Counted from the first letter of the stretch, positions 1-14,235 are shown. The stretch: DNA of 64,000 bases from the human T2T-CHM13v2.0 reference genome, Homo sapiens (GCA_009914755.4 CP086569.2:2624001-2688000); one strand, 5' to 3'. Translations and numbers: made by a program. Notes: generated by a model from the sequence alone, not told the origin.

Positions 1-192
1 AAAAAAAAAAAAAATACGAAAAAAAATTAGCTGGGCTTGGTGGCGGGCACCTGTAATCCCAGCTACTCAGGAGACTGAGACGAGAATTGCTTGGAACCTG
101 GAAAGTGGAGGTTGCAGTGAGCCAAGATTGCGCCTGCGCCAGTGCACTCCAGCCTGGGCAAAAAGAGTGAGACTCCGTCTCAAAAAAAAAAA
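1..192 (+). mobile_element. Alu (right portion, truncated by window start) with poly-A tail
   Basis: ttagctgggc...cctgtaatcccagctactcaggag...gcactccagcctgggc...gtctcaaaaaaaaa. Confidence 0.85.
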
Positions 193-2046
193 ATTTTGAG
201 GAAAGCTAAATAGAAGTTAAAAGCATTACAGTGATATCAAAGAAATGTGTATAACACGCCATATTAATGTTTTCTGAGTATTTTGATATGGAAGAAAGTT
301 GGACCATGGAAAATCAGGATAAAAGTTTTATAATACGGTGCAAAGTAGCTTGAGATTTTATTTCTATAGATGAAATAAACATTATGAATTTGTTTCATCT
401 TTCAAAAATCAGATGTAATTGTAATCCTGTGTACTAATTATTTGAATGAACAGAATGAATTAAATGGTGGATTCTGTTTTGGCTGACAAAATTGTGTGAT
501 AGTACAGTAATGGTATTTTCATTGAAACGCACTGCATGATAATAAAGAAAATATATTCAAGGGCTTTGTCAGTTTTCTAAGAGCTGTTGCAGGTCTTGAT
601 ATTCACATAATTCTCCTTTGGAAAAAAATAGCTTCCGAGCTTACAGTTGTGTTTTTCTTTCTACAGTTATAATTTCTTTCTACAGTTATAAAGGGAGATC
701 TATGTTTAAGCCAATGGCCATGACTGTGATTGAACATTTTTTTTTCACATTCACCAGTTTTTTATACATATATTGTAGGATTTACATTTTTCATCTTACA
801 ACATAATTGCTTTGTAATTACTTTGTATTGTCATCATGTTGCTGTATTTGCCATTCAGACTGATTAACAAAGACAATGTGTTGAGTGGGAAGCAGTTACA
901 GTTTATAAAGGGAGGAGTGTTTGCATTTTTTAGTTGAGTAATCTCCAGTTTTTCTTATTCACGTATCTTGTTAAACTATTACTTGTTTTTAAACATACAA
1001 GGTAGACATTTAAAGGATGAGATGTTACAATATATAAAAACAAAAGTTTTGATTTTTGTCTTTTTACATCCATTCCCTAAATGTGTGCAAGTACTACTTT
1101 AGAGACTAGTAAGTAACATGCTAAATATGTTCATTCTTAGGACTTTTGTTTTCCTCTGCAACCATAAAACTCTTGAGACTAAGATAATGAACATTCAGAT
1201 AAGTTAAAGTAGACTAAATGAAGATATTGTGAAACAACTGAAACTAGAGAATAAGGAATTAAAAGATTAAAAAATAAGTAGTTGAAATTTACATGAGGAA
1301 TAAAATGGAATGAAGTCACAGATTATGATACGGAGTACTGAGACAAACAATAGACTTGGTGGTTTGACACCATAAATGAAAGATCTTCTTTTGCCATAGT
1401 GTGTCATTGAGCAGCCTTCTTAGCATTTTAAGCTTCAATTTCCTTAATTGGAAAATAGGGTTGGTCATACCTACTACTTTTGGTGAATTAAATAGTTGGT
1501 TTATACAAAGGGCTTAACAGATTTTTGCATCTAACAAATTATGCCACCTTTTAAAAATGGGTGAAGTTAGAATAAATTAAAACAAACATGGATACAAGTT
1601 AAAAAGACTAACATTTGACTTTTATTTCTGACTTTATTAAAGAAGCCTATAGCAGGCTAACATCCAGTGCTTTGAAGTAAATGTAATGAAACAATCTTTC
1701 TCACATATTCATATATTAAATCTAAGAGGACCTAAATTAAAGAATAGATATGGAGTAGAAAAGTTAATATTTTAAAGATGCTATTTCTTTTCAGATTGAT
1801 CAGTGTAGATTGATGCAGTTCCAATCAAAATCTGATGGGGTTGCTTAAAAAATTTAAATATATGATGGATAAATAGAAGTATAACAATAGATCACATAAC
1901 ATTATCAACACGCATAACATCACATCAGTGAGATGAAACTTGATAGAGAGATGTATGAAATGCACAAGCAGACTTTCCAGAAAAAACACATTGGATATAA
2001 ATGTTTGTTTGTTTTCAGTAAGGGGGTTAGAAGTTATTATTACTTT

Positions 2047-2601
2047 TTCTTTTTTTGAGACAGGGTATTAAAAAGCTTCATAGCTTACTGCAAGCTCAAA
2101 CTCCTAGGCTCAAGCCATTCTCTCTCCTCATCCTTCTTGATGGCTGGGACTACAGGGGTGTGCCACCACACCCAACTAATTTTTTTTTTTTTAGTAGAGA
2201 AAGAGTTTCACTCTGTCGCCCAAGCTGGTATTGAACTCCTGGCCTCAAACGATCCTCTTGCCTTTGCTATTTCAAGTGTGAGCCACCATGCACAGTCACA
2301 TTTTTTTTTTCCTTTTTTTGAGACAGTTTAGTTCTGTTGCCCAGGCTGGAGTACAGTGACAAGATTATGGCTCACTGCAGCCTCAACCTCCTGGGCTCAA
2401 GCAGTTCTCCCTCCTCAAACCCCAGATAACTGACTACAGGTACCCACTATCATGATTGGCTAATTTTTGTATTGTTTGTAAAGATGGGGTTTCACCATGT
2501 TGGCCAGGCTGGGTTTAAATTCCTGGGTTCAAGCATTCCACCTGCCTTAGCCTCCCAGAGTGCTAGGATTACTGGGGTGAGCCACGGCACCCAACCTGGC
2601 C
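2047..2601 (-). mobile_element. two tandem minus-strand Alu elements (2047-2312, diverged; 2313-2601)
   Basis: tttttgagacag...gcccaggctggagt...gcctcccaaagtgctgggattacag...gagccac motifs in reverse-complement orientation. Confidence 0.8.
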
Positions 2602-2711
2602 AAAAAATTAAAGTCTGTGATGCTTATTAGTTTTTGGGAAATAGGCACTCTTACATTACTTGTGAAAGCTAATAAATTTTCAAGAGCCTTTATCGAGATT
2701 ATTTTAGCAAT

Positions 2712-3102
<391 letters not shown>

Positions 3103-3171
3103 TTACATTGCTTTATTTCTCCTTTTTTGGTTTACTAGCTATTAGTTGTTTTCTCATCTTCATACCACTGT

Positions 3172-3512
3172 AGCTAGGACTGAAGGCATGCACCACCACA
3201 TCTGGCTAATTTTGCAGTTTTTTATAGAGACATTGTCTTGCTCTGTCACCCAGGCTGGAGTGCAGTGGTGTAATCATAGCTCACTGTCATGGCTACGTGA
3301 CCTCTCAGGCTCCAATGATCCTTCCTACCTCAGCTTCCCAAGTAGCTGGGACCACAGGTGCACCACGACGTCCAGCTAATTTTTAATTTTTTTTGTAGAG
3401 AAGGGATCCAACTATTTGCCTAGACTTGTCTAGAACTCCTGGACTCCAGTGATCCCCCTCCCGTGGTCCCTCAAAATGCTGGGATTACAGGATTAAGCCA
3501 CCACACCAGGCC
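3172..3512 (-). mobile_element. Alu partial plus full Alu, inverted relative to the Alu at 2712-3022
   Basis: gagacattgtcttgctctgtcacccaggctggagtgcagtgg ... gctgggattacaggattaagccaccacaccaggcc. Confidence 0.8.
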
Positions 3513-5046
3513 TAAATTATTTTTCAGAGTGGATCCTCTGGATCATTCTGCTTATTTGTCTTCCAATTCAGCTGATCTCTAAGCTTGGTTCTTACTACAA
3601 AGGCATGGGAAATTACTGTGAAATCATGGGAACTTATTTTTCACCTTATCAAAATTGTGTTAATATTATTACCATTAAGAGCATGGTTTTGTTCTGGTTG
3701 TAGGAAGAAATTGGCATTTGTAACCCAAGAAAGCTTACTAACGTAAAGGTGTGGTCATCTTTACAGTGAAGTGCAAAAGAACCTCTTGTGCCTCTGTCAG
3801 TTTTCGCCGTGATAAAATAGGACAATAATCAGTCAAATGTGTTGTTGAAGAATGATTGCTCACTATAGTGAAGATTGGATTGGTGGTCAGCCCTTATCAT
3901 AGGCTCAAGTACATAGTAGGGATATGTATATGACGTAAAATTATACTTAACCCTCTTTCATTCAAGATTTTGAGTTTGTAGGTGTTGTGCTGAATAGAGT
4001 CCTAGAATGTAGCAGTTCGTGGTTGGTTTCTCACTTGTTTGAGCTCTTTTCTCTTTATTGCCTGTTTCAGAATGATTAAACCAGAATTTAGCTATCTGTG
4101 GCACAGATGTTTGGTTACATACATGAGACACTAGCACTATGTCCCTAGGTCACTGATAGTGACATTTTCCTGCATTTATAAATATTTGTAAATATTAGCA
4201 GTTATTGACCCTGCTAATGACAGTTGACTAGGTATAGCTCCACTTTTTCAAGACCTCACCTCCTAGAAAATTCTAGGATGTTGAGTGCCAGGGTAAAAAC
4301 ATAAAGATCGTTTGAAGAATGACATGCTGTCCAGCTAGGTTGCAAAGTTGAGTAATAACAGTAAATAAGTCATGTGGTAGCTTGGGTTAATAATGTGGAG
4401 GTCACTGAATATTGGAGACTGCTTCTTGGTAAGGGAGTGATCAAAGCAGTGCTTCAAGAAGATTCATCTGGCTACAGATTGTAGGAATGCCTTGTTAGTT
4501 GGCATTACAAGACCCCCTTCTTATAATAGGTTTCCTAGTCATTTGTTTTGGAAGTGTTACAAAGGCCATTTCAGAAACTATTTTCATTTCTAGGGATCAG
4601 AAAATAGGAAGCTTAGAGTGATTGGTGATAATGGGAATACAAGCAGGGCAAACATAACAGAGAAATTGTGGAGAAGAAATTGACAAGATCTGAGAAACCA
4701 ACTGTCAGGGAAGGAGGAAAAGGCCATAGTGATTGTGCCAGGAAAAATCTGGGTTTTAATTTTTGAAGATGTTCAGTAAACGGTCTGATGGAAATTTTAG
4801 GTCCTTCTCAGCGTGTGGATTTTGGGGATCATCTTCACGTAAGTCGTCATTAAAAACTGTGGAAATAAATGAGAAAGTAGTAGAGAGGAAAGCTGAATGT
4901 GAAACCTTGGACAAGACTATAGTAGCCATCGGTTAAGAAGGTGAGAAGAGAACTAAGATATCATATAAACAAAGAGGTAGGAGGGAGTTTCAAAATTAAA
5001 GAAACTGATCATCTATCAGACTCTAACAGACAGGTAAGGAAGATGA

Positions 5047-5390
<344 letters not shown>

Positions 5391-5877
5391 CACAAGTTGA
5401 TCTTTTATTAGAACTAATGAAATTGCTGTTTTTAGGAAAATTGGAAGGTCACTTCAATAATCCAACAAATCACATTTATTCCATCATTCATTGCCTTAAT
5501 TTCATGTGGTTTTCTTTAATTATGCAGAGAAGATTAGTTTGCATTTATAATTTTATAATTACATTTTTTTAAGAGGGGAAAAATTAATGAAGCCAGAGAT
5601 TGTTTGGGTAGAGGGAGCAGTGACAGCTTATTTAGAGCAGGTGCCCTTTTTCTTTTTCTGTGGTTGACAAAATATTAGTGTAGTCATCATGGCCTTTTTA
5701 TTTGAAGCAGTTTGAATGTCATAAAACACACTTTCTTTAAATTGAGTAGATCTGTTTCAGAGAAACACTTTGGAAATCCATTGGTTTCTCACTTGCATAT
5801 TGCCTTATCATATAGTTTAATATTTGAAAATTGACACACATAAGTGACCATAGCATGTGCTAAAAATACAGTAAGGG

Positions 5878-6026
5878 AGCTGGACATAGTGGCATGTGTC
5901 ATTAGTCCTAGCTGCTTGGGAGGCTGAAGTAAGAGGATTACTTGAGCCTAGGAGTTGGAGGCTGCAGTGAGCCATGATCATGCCACTGCACTCCAGTCTG
6001 GGTGACAGGGTGAGACCCTGTCTCTG
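5878..6026 (+). mobile_element. free right Alu monomer (FRAM-like fragment)
   Basis: gctgcttgggaggctgaagtaagaggattacttgagcctaggagttggaggctgcagtgagccatgatcatgccactgcactccagtctgggtgacag. Confidence 0.7.
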
Positions 6027-6214
6027 AGGGGAGAGAATGGGGAGGGCTTTTAAGCTACACAGAAATCTGAGGAGTGCTTATAATTATTAGGAATTTTGAG
6101 TTTTTTACCATTTTGTTAATTTACTGTAGAAAGACTGGAGACTATGTTAAATATAGAGATGTAATACAGTCTTGCAGCAAAAACCTACAGAATGTGTTAA
6201 AGTTGAGAGTTAAT

Positions 6215-6517
6215 CATGGGTGCCAGACACAATAACATTCCTGTAATCCCAGTACTTTGTGAGGCTGAGGTGGGAGGATTGCTCAAGCTCAGGACTTTGA
6301 CACCAGCCTGGGCAACATAGTTAGACCTTGTCTATACAAAAAGATACTTTAAAAATTAGCCAGGTTTGGTGACACATACTTGTAGTCCCAAGTAGTTGGG
6401 CTGAGGGGTGAGCATTGCTTGAGCCTGAGAAGTTGAGGCTGCAGTGAACTGTGCCACTTACAGTTTAGCCTGTATGACAGAGCCAGAGGCCCTGTTTACA
6501 AAAAAAAAAAAAAAAAT
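6215..6517 (+). mobile_element. Alu (older, AluJ-like) with poly-A
   Basis: cctgtaatcccagtactttgtgaggctgaggtgggaggattgctcaagctcagga...gcctgagaagttgaggctgcagtgaac...aaaaaaaaaaaaaaa. Confidence 0.8.
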
Positions 6518-6739
6518 CATGGGGGTTACTGATAGAAGGCAAGAGGGAGTCATCTGGTGTGTAAGAAATGTTCTGTTATCTTAATATAAATAATGCAAGT
6601 ACCAGTTAACACTTACGTACTTAACATAAATAATGCAAATTCCAGTTAACACTTAGGTAAAAATTTGTTATGCTAAATACTTAAGCATTGTGAATTTTAT
6701 ATAAGATGATAATTGAACTTTTTAAAAAATCTAAACAAG

Positions 6740-6870
6740 CCAGATATGGCGGCCTGTAGTCCCACCCACTCAGTAGGCTGAGGGAGGAAGAATTACTTGA
6801 GCCCTGGAATACTAAGCTAGTGTGAGGAACATAGCAAGACCCAAAATCTTTAAAAAACAAAAAAACAGAA
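6740..6870 (+). mobile_element. Alu monomer fragment
   Basis: gccagatatggcggcctgtagtcccacccactcagtaggctgagggaggaagaattacttgagccctgg. Confidence 0.6.
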
Positions 6871-7099
6871 ACACTGTCAATCTGATTTGATCTACCTGCC
6901 CTTTCCTGTCTTGTTGCAGCCCATGTATCCCTGGAAATCAATTTGTTCCCTTTAATTTTACATTGATAGCTTAGTAAAAAATAATTTGAGCATTTCAGAA
7001 ATGTGAATATCATGACATTTTAATATGTGATATAAAAATTAATGTTTGGTATACTTTATTCCCTGGTTTAGGAGCTGTGACTAATGAGAATTAAAGGCC

Positions 7100-7160
7100 A
7101 TGGATGAAGATGAATTTGAATTGCAGCCACAAGAGCCAAACTCATTTTTTGATGGAATAG
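7100..7160 (+). CDS. ZFY: ZFY coding exon 1 (exon body starts ~7072 after AG acceptor at 7070-7071; 28 nt of 5'UTR precede the ATG)
   Basis: ATG at 7100 encodes MDEDEFELQPQEPNSFFDGI plus 1 nt (phase 1); GT donor at 7161-7162; polypyrimidine tract and AG upstream; joins in frame to 14236 giving ...[13 protein letters not shown]. Confidence 0.85.
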
Positions 7161-7562
7161 GTATTACTATTTATTGGGTTGTTTCACTTCCCATCTGCCA
7201 GATTTTGAATTACTTACCAAAATTGCAGAATCTGATGTTAATCCATATTTAGGTACTTAGGTCCATACTTAGGTCCTGTCAGAATCTCATAGCCAACTCA
7301 TAATCTTGTTAGTTAAGCCATCAATATCAAAATCTTACTGTTACCCTTCAGTTATTCCAGTTTTTCCAGTTATGCAACTAAAGCCTGCTAGTTCTCCCTT
7401 TGAAATGTTTTCTGTTTGTGCTAGTTTTCTATTTTTCTATTGGTACATTTCAGCAAATTTACTAATCTAAAACAGGACAAATTTATCTCAGAGTTCTATA
7501 GGTCAGAAATGTGGCTCAATTGAGTTCTGCGTGTAGAATTATACAAGGTTAAAATTAAGATG

Positions 7563-7865
7563 TTGGCCAGGTGTGGTGGCTCACATCTGTAATCTCATTG
7601 CTTTGGAAGGCTCAATTGTGAGGATTGCTTGAGATCAGGAATTGGAGACCATCGTGGGTGGTGGACAACCCAATGGAAACCTGTGTCTACAGAAAAAAAA
7701 ATTTTTTTTTAATTAGCTGAGCATGGTGGTGCATATCTCTAGTTCTAGCTGCTCTGGAGGCTGAGGTAGGAGGATTGTTTTACCAGAAGTTAAAGGCTGT
7801 GGTGAGCTATAATGGCACAGCTGTACCCCAGCCTGGGTAACAGAACAAGACAGTGTCTCAAAAAA

Positions 7866-7870
<5 letters not shown>
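7563..7870 (+). mobile_element. Alu followed by (AAAT)n tail microsatellite (7861-7910)
   Basis: ggccaggtgtggtggctcacatctgtaatc...gcctgggtaacagaacaagacagtgtctcaaaaaataaataaataaataaataaat. Confidence 0.85.
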
Positions 7871-7908
<38 letters not shown>

Positions 7909-9094
7909 AATAAGCTATCTGCAGGGCTGGAGGCTCTTGACTTCGAAGAATATCCATACTTTTAGCCAAATTTAGTTTCTTTTTGTTGCACAATGGAGAT
8001 ACTGTTGTTCCCTACAGTTCATCATCCAGGGCCATTTTTTGCTTTCAGAGCCTGCCCACATTTCTTCTCATGCTTTGCATGGTGGTTTCCTGAAGCAGCA
8101 GTGAGTGGAGTCCATCTTATGTTTTTAGTCTTTCTGATCTTCCCCTCTATCACATCCGTCTTCTTGAATCTAGCCAGAAAACTATTCAGTTTAAGAGCTC
8201 ACATGATTAGATTTGATGCACCAGGGTAATCCAAGATAATTGCCCAATTTTAAGTTCATAATCTTAATTATACCTGAAAAATTTCTTTTGCCATATCAAG
8301 TAACATATTTTCAAGATTTATAAGGATTAGTTTATGGACATCTTTGTGAAAGGACCATTCTCCCTGCCACCATCTTCACCCCGGTTCTCAAATATGTCTC
8401 TGGCAAATGTAAAATAACATCCACCCTCTCTTAAAGTTCCCAGTCCAAAAAAAAAAAATCTTACCTGAAATTAATCAGCTCAGAAGTCCTAAGTATCATT
8501 TAAATCAGATGCTTATTCTCTGGGTATCAGTCATTAAGTGCAACTCCTGGGACATAATTCCTCTTTATCTGCTTCCCAAAGTACAGTGGTAGGACAGTTT
8601 GGGATATTCTGGTTCAAACAGGGTGACATGAAAGGTAAGAGAAATTTGTCTGAAGAAATTTTGAAATGCAGCTGGACAAACTCCCATTAGGTTTCAAGAC
8701 CTGGGAATAATCCTTTTTGGCCTGTGGCTCCGCCCTTTGAGTCTTCCTTGCCATTTTTTTCAAAGATAGCAGGTATTTGCAGCTGAATAGTTTTATTTCC
8801 TGCTTCCTGCCTCTGGAATTCTGTCAGTCCAACTGTCTTCATTATATTGATTCTGTGTCCCTTTCCGTTTAAGCTAGCAGTGCTTCTTTTGAAAAAAATT
8901 TTGCGTGTGTCATGGGGATTTATTGTATTAGGCAAGAGGCTAATATATTTTTTTTCTGAGATTATCCCATGTCTGTTTTTGACTTCTGCTAAAATGGTTG
9001 AAGTCCAATATCCTTAGATTTCTTAGAGGTGTTGGGTATGTGTAAGTCACACTTTTACTTGCTTGAAAAAGACTTAATTCTCTGGCCTTTTGAT

Positions 9095-9290
9095 CTTTCC
9101 CTTTCCTTTCCCTCCACTTCCTTTCCTTTTTCTTTTTACCTTACCTTACCTTACTTTACTTTACCTTACCTTACCTTTCCTTACCCCTTGCCTTTTCTTT
9201 TTCTTTCCTCTTTCTTTTTCTTTCACCTTGGCTTTTCCCTTTCTTTCCTTTTTCCTTAACTTTTACTTTTCTTGTTTAATGATCGGGTGC
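9095..9290. repeat. polypyrimidine (CTT/CCTT/TTCC-type) low-complexity tract, ~200 nt, almost purine-free on the + strand
   Basis: ccctttcctttccctccacttcctttcctttttctttttaccttaccttaccttactttactttaccttacc... Confidence 0.85.
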
Positions 9291-9368
9291 CTGAAGGAAT
9301 CTTTTGTTTTTTCTGAGGGTTCATGGAATAGTTGAGAATCACATACTGTTTTTTTCTCTCTCTCTAAA

Positions 9369-9800
9369 TCAGCGTTCCCCACCTTTTTGAGTACCAGGGA
9401 CTGGTTTCATGGAAGACAATTTTTCCAGAGACCTGGGAGTAGTGGGGTTCGGGGGATAGTTACTAGATGAATGAAGTGCATTACATTTATTGTGCACTTC
9501 ATTTGTATTATTATTATGTGTAATATATAATGAAACAATTATACAGTTCACCATAATTTAGAATCAGTGGGAGCCCTGAGCTTGTTTTCCTGAAACTATG
9601 CCATCCCATCTGGGGGTAGGAGACAGATCATCAGGCATTAGATTCTTATAAGGAACATGCAACCTAGATCCCTCACGTGTGCAGTTTACAGTACGGTTTG
9701 CATTCCTATGAGAATGTAATGTTGCTTCTGACCTGACAGGAGGCGAGAGCTCAGGCAGTGATGCCGGTGATGGGAAGTGGCTGTAAATACAGATGAGGCT
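9369..9800. mobile_element. old non-autonomous DNA-transposon-like interspersed repeat (possibly hAT-derived MITE; family not assigned)
   Basis: terminal cagcgttccccacctttttgagtaccagggactggtttcatggaagacaatttttcc and internal gatcatcaggcattagattcttataagga...cctatgagaatgtaatg segments that I recognise as a common human repeat; the ORFs at 9369-9554 and 9564-9812 (-) lie inside it. Confidence 0.4.
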
Positions 9801-10325
9801 TTGCTCTGACAAGGAATCTCCTTAATTTAACCTCCCCTTTCACCCCCACCCCCCCCCGCCCCCAAGATGGACAGAAAACTTCTGATTTTGTCATGTTTTG
9901 CTATCTTTTTGTTTAATAAATATTCCAACTATTCATTTTTCTCACTGAATTTTACTCTAAGCATTAAGTAGAAACAAGACCACTTGTCCAACACTTTGCT
10001 GAAATCTTCTGAGCTAAAGAGTTGATTTTTACAAGTTGTTTTTTCCACATAACCAAGGGAGACAATTTTGCTAAGTGGTTTGTCTTCAAGTTGTGCTTTC
10101 CACATAACCCAGGGAGACAGTTTTGCTAAGTGGTCTGTCTTTTTATGTAACAAAGCTCTTCTTTCCTTCAGATAGAAACTCACTTTTAAGCCCTTACAAG
10201 CAGTGTTACAAAACTCCAGATTTCTACTAGCAGTCATACATGACGTAGGTATTCTCTGAGTCCATGTAGGATTTCTCTACCTTGATCCCTTCTCCCTCTG
10301 GATTCTCACTGGCAGAGTTGTTACT

Positions 10326-10624
10326 GGTTTTTTTTTTTTGTTTTTGAGATAGGGTCTCACTGTGTCACCAGGGCTGAAGGGCAGTGACATGATTATGGCT
10401 CCTCACTGCAGCCTCAACCTTCTGGGCTCAAGTGATCCACCCGCCTCAGCCTCCTGAGTAGCTGGAACTACAGGCACACACCACCATGCCTGGGGAATTT
10501 TTTAAAATAGAGATGAGGTTTTGCTGTACTGCTCAGGCTGATCTTGAATTCCTGAGCTCAGGCTATCCTCCCACCTCAGCCTCCCAAAGTGTTGCGATTA
10601 CAGGCATGAGCCACTGTGCCCGGC
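10326..10624 (-). mobile_element. Alu
   Basis: ttttgagatagggtctcactgtgtcacc...gcctcccaaagtgttgcgattacaggcatgagccactgtgcccggcc. Confidence 0.85.
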
Positions 10625-12489
10625 CTGTTATTTTTAACATTCATGTTTTTACTTATTGGTTTATTTAAGGAAATCTAGGCTTTTTTCCACTCAACAGAAT
10701 CTAAGCTTTTCATTCTGTAAAAATAATTTTTTTTTTCATTTTCCTAAGAGCTGGAATTTCTCTTTATTCTTGTAAGAAATTTTACAGCTGGCACCTATCC
10801 AAGTGCAAAGCCACTTTACGTTTTTAGGTATTTGTATAAGCAGCTCTCCACTTCTCGACACCAAAATCTGAAATTATTTCTGTTACTGCAATGAAAATTA
10901 CCACAAACTCAGCAGTTCAAAACAAATTTATTGTCTCACAGTTTCTGTAGGTCAGAATTCTATCATGGTGCAGCTAGTTTCATAAGGTATTGCCAGAGGT
11001 TTGTTCCTTTCTGGTGAATCCAGTTTCATTGTTCTCTGGATGCACCCAATTTGAGGTTATTCAGGTCATTGGTTGAATGCAGTTCGTTGTAGCTATAGGA
11101 CTGAAGTCCCCATTTATGTGCTGGTTGTGAGCTAACAGGCTAGTCTTTGCTCCTTTTGACAAAATCTGTGTTGTTTCTTATGCTTTCCATGTGGCCACTG
11201 TAGGCAAGGCTAATTCGATCTCTCTCATACATAAAATCTTTTCAATTTATGATTCTGCTTCAACTTTCCAACTCCAGACATAAAAAGCCCTCTGCTTTTA
11301 AGTTTTATCTGAGCGGATTGTGCTTAACAAATTATTCTTAAAGTTCATGACCTTAATTTTACCTGCACTGCCCATGTGGTATATAAGTCATAACATAATA
11401 TATTCATAAGTTCTAGTGATTAGAGAATAAACATCTTGGGGATTTGGTTGGTGGGGCATATGGTGGGGTGTAGATTGTCTGGGGTGCTGAGAGAAGTCTG
11501 CTTATGACACAGCTTTTTCTTCATGCTAGTTCCTAGGGCCATATAGGCCCTATTATCTCATTCTTAACTGATAATATTAAGACTCTTTTTTCACTCTTGG
11601 TTTCTTTCTTTCACCTACCCTAGTGGTAGAATATTCAGTCCCGAAAAACATGTGGATCATACCTTTCTACTGCCCAGGAAATAAACTATAAATCCCAGGT
11701 CCTCTGGAATTGATTCTGTTCGAACTTTTGTAACCCTTTCACATGTTCACAAAAGGAGCCTCTATATCATGCAGATGCATCCTTACCTCATTTCCAAAAC
11801 TGCAAAAAGAAAATTATACCTAAACAAGAGGGGGAAAAAAGTATTCTCAATTTCAGATTGGTCATGGTTCTAAATACATAATGCTATAATTAAACTAGAT
11901 TTTATTTTTCTGTTTCATACTCTAAGTTAAAATTTTAATGATTGTATTAACTGAATTTTAAATGAACATTGCCATATATTAGCAATAGTAATTAACTTTA
12001 CCAAGAAACGTAAGGAATTTTAAATATACCTTCTAAATTTTGTGTGTGTGCGTATATTTGCTAAGCAATTTAGGATATTCTTTTGACTCACCGTTAAGTA
12101 CTTTCAGGTTGTTAATGGTAAATGCAGACCTATAATTCTTTCTTTCTCTGGAACATAGTGAAATATAATTACTTTGGGAGGCCACAGCAAGAGGGTTGCT
12201 TGTGGCCAGGTTTTTAACACCAGTCTGCACCACCCTTTCAGATTTTTTGTTTGAAAGAGAGACTAAGTTCTTAGGGAAAACTCAGTATTTTTTAGTGTAA
12301 TCTTGCCACAATCAAGCCTGAGTCAGGGCTAAATGGTAGATTGAAGGGCTATTGCATTTTAGCCTTGATTGTTAACACTTGAAATGGTATTTTTTTTAAA
12401 TTTGAGGAAGTCATGTAATCTGCCCAAGCTCCCATTTTCATATGCATGATAATAATGAAACATCTGATTACATTTTTTTCAGGACACTT

Positions 12490-12650
12490 ACCATGCATTC
12501 GCATTTGGTCACTATAGTCCTGTGAGGTGCGCATGACAGATACTACTGACATCATTTTACTGTTGAGGAAACTGAACTCAGAGGTTAGATGACTTGGTCC
12601 AAGGTCACAAAACTATTAAGTATCTACACTTTGCCCTCTGATTTAGACCA
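12490..12650 (+). mobile_element. MIR (SINE) core
   Basis: ttgaggaaactgaactcagaggttagatgacttggtccaaggtcacaaaac matches the MIR core ggaaactgaggctcagagaggttaagtgacttgcccaaggtcacaca. Confidence 0.7.
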
Positions 12651-14235
12651 TTATAACCAGTGCTGTTGCCACTAAATGCTATCAAATTTATATCTGTGCA
12701 ATGGGGATTACACTGTTCTATTGCTGTCTATTATTATGAACATAGAAGACAAATGAGTAGAAAACATTTTGTAGAAGATGTATAAAAATAAAAGCAAACA
12801 TTCTTTCAACATATAAGTTAAGTAGGTTTTAACTACTTTAAAGACTTCCTGCAACATCTATTGTTGGTTTGCCCTTGGTGATCATTTTTGTTGAAGAAGC
12901 TGTGTGTTTATTTGAGGGCTTTGCCACAGGTACACAATCACCGAGTTGTGCACCCACTTGGACTCAGCTTACTCTGAGTTACAATCAGAAACACTAATCA
13001 GATAAATAGCCTTTTTTTCCTTTCCTTTTCTTTTTTTTTTTTTTTTTAAGAAAAATCCGGTGAGGTAGTGAGAGTGCAGAAGGAAAAAGAGAAATCTTAA
13101 CTGCTTGTGATACGTGAATAGCTTTTAATAGTCATCCATGTTTGCTTTTCTCTATGCACTAGTAGCCATAATGCCTGATTTGTTTCATATTAGGTTATAT
13201 TTTTGTTAAAGTTGTATGAATTCTCTTCCTATTTGTGGTGTTCATTTAGAATAATATTTACTGAGCATGATGTGCTGTGCAAGTTGTGTGATCTTGGTTA
13301 AGTCATTTGATCTCAGTGGGCTTTAACTGGCTCTCACCCTTCTACCTTCATTGCTTAACTGCACCCAGCACTAGAAAATGCTTTTATATATTCTGAGGAA
13401 CTACCTTGGGATTTGGGGTTAGTGGGAACAGGAGGAGGATAGATGGAGGTGGAATACCCTGGCAAAATTAGGGCAGGCCCCACTCCAACCACCCCCACCC
13501 TTCACCACCCAGCCCAGCCCATTTTATCTATCTATAGAAACCTCTAAACCTAATGTCTTTCCTCTTTTTATTCCTCTTTTAATTTCTACCCTGATTCTTT
13601 TGTCTTAGATTCAAAGAATTACTTTCTAATTACCAAAGTTATAGTGGATATTGATGGGATATTGCACCAGGACAAAGTGGGAAGATTATAAGGGCTGAAA
13701 GAGAAAAAAGAAAGGGTAAAAACGAGATATGTAGGTATAATGAAAAAAAAAAAAGTAATGTGTTAAGAAAGGAGATGATGAAAGAAGGAAGAGAAATGAA
13801 TGAAACATGTAATGAAGAAATAGTATATTTGTTTTCTGAATTTGTTGTTTAACTTATATAAAAATCTCAAGATTTTATTTTAGTGGGGTGAGAAATTTTT
13901 TATCTTGATGTTTTAAAAGTATTTCACAAATAGTTTTTTTCTGTCATTGCCCCAAGGTTTTTTTTATTTTTCTTTTCTTGTTAGTTGATTTTATATTTCT
14001 TTTTTACTTTTGTATTTCTTTTCTTGTTAGTTGATTAGGGTTGAGTAAAATAAATTTTTATGTTAAAAATTTGTTTGTTAAGTGAATCAAAAGTGGATTC
14101 ATTCTCTTATTTATTGTCTCAATGTTTGAGGAACACCAAGGACATAGTCTGTTTTCCCAGAAGAAATTAAATAAAAACTATATTTAGTCATGTATACTTA
14201 CCTGAGATTTGTCATTTTAATTTTTATTCTTTAAG

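Noticed and set aside
9929-10237. 102-aa minus-strand ORF and the nearby direct repeat (acaagttgttttttccacataaccaagggagacaattttgctaagtggtttgtct at 10025-10078 / 10085-10138)
   Set aside because: The local ~55-bp duplication explains the ORF length. There is no homology I recognise, and it sits in intronic unique or repeat DNA. It is noted only as a small tandem duplication.
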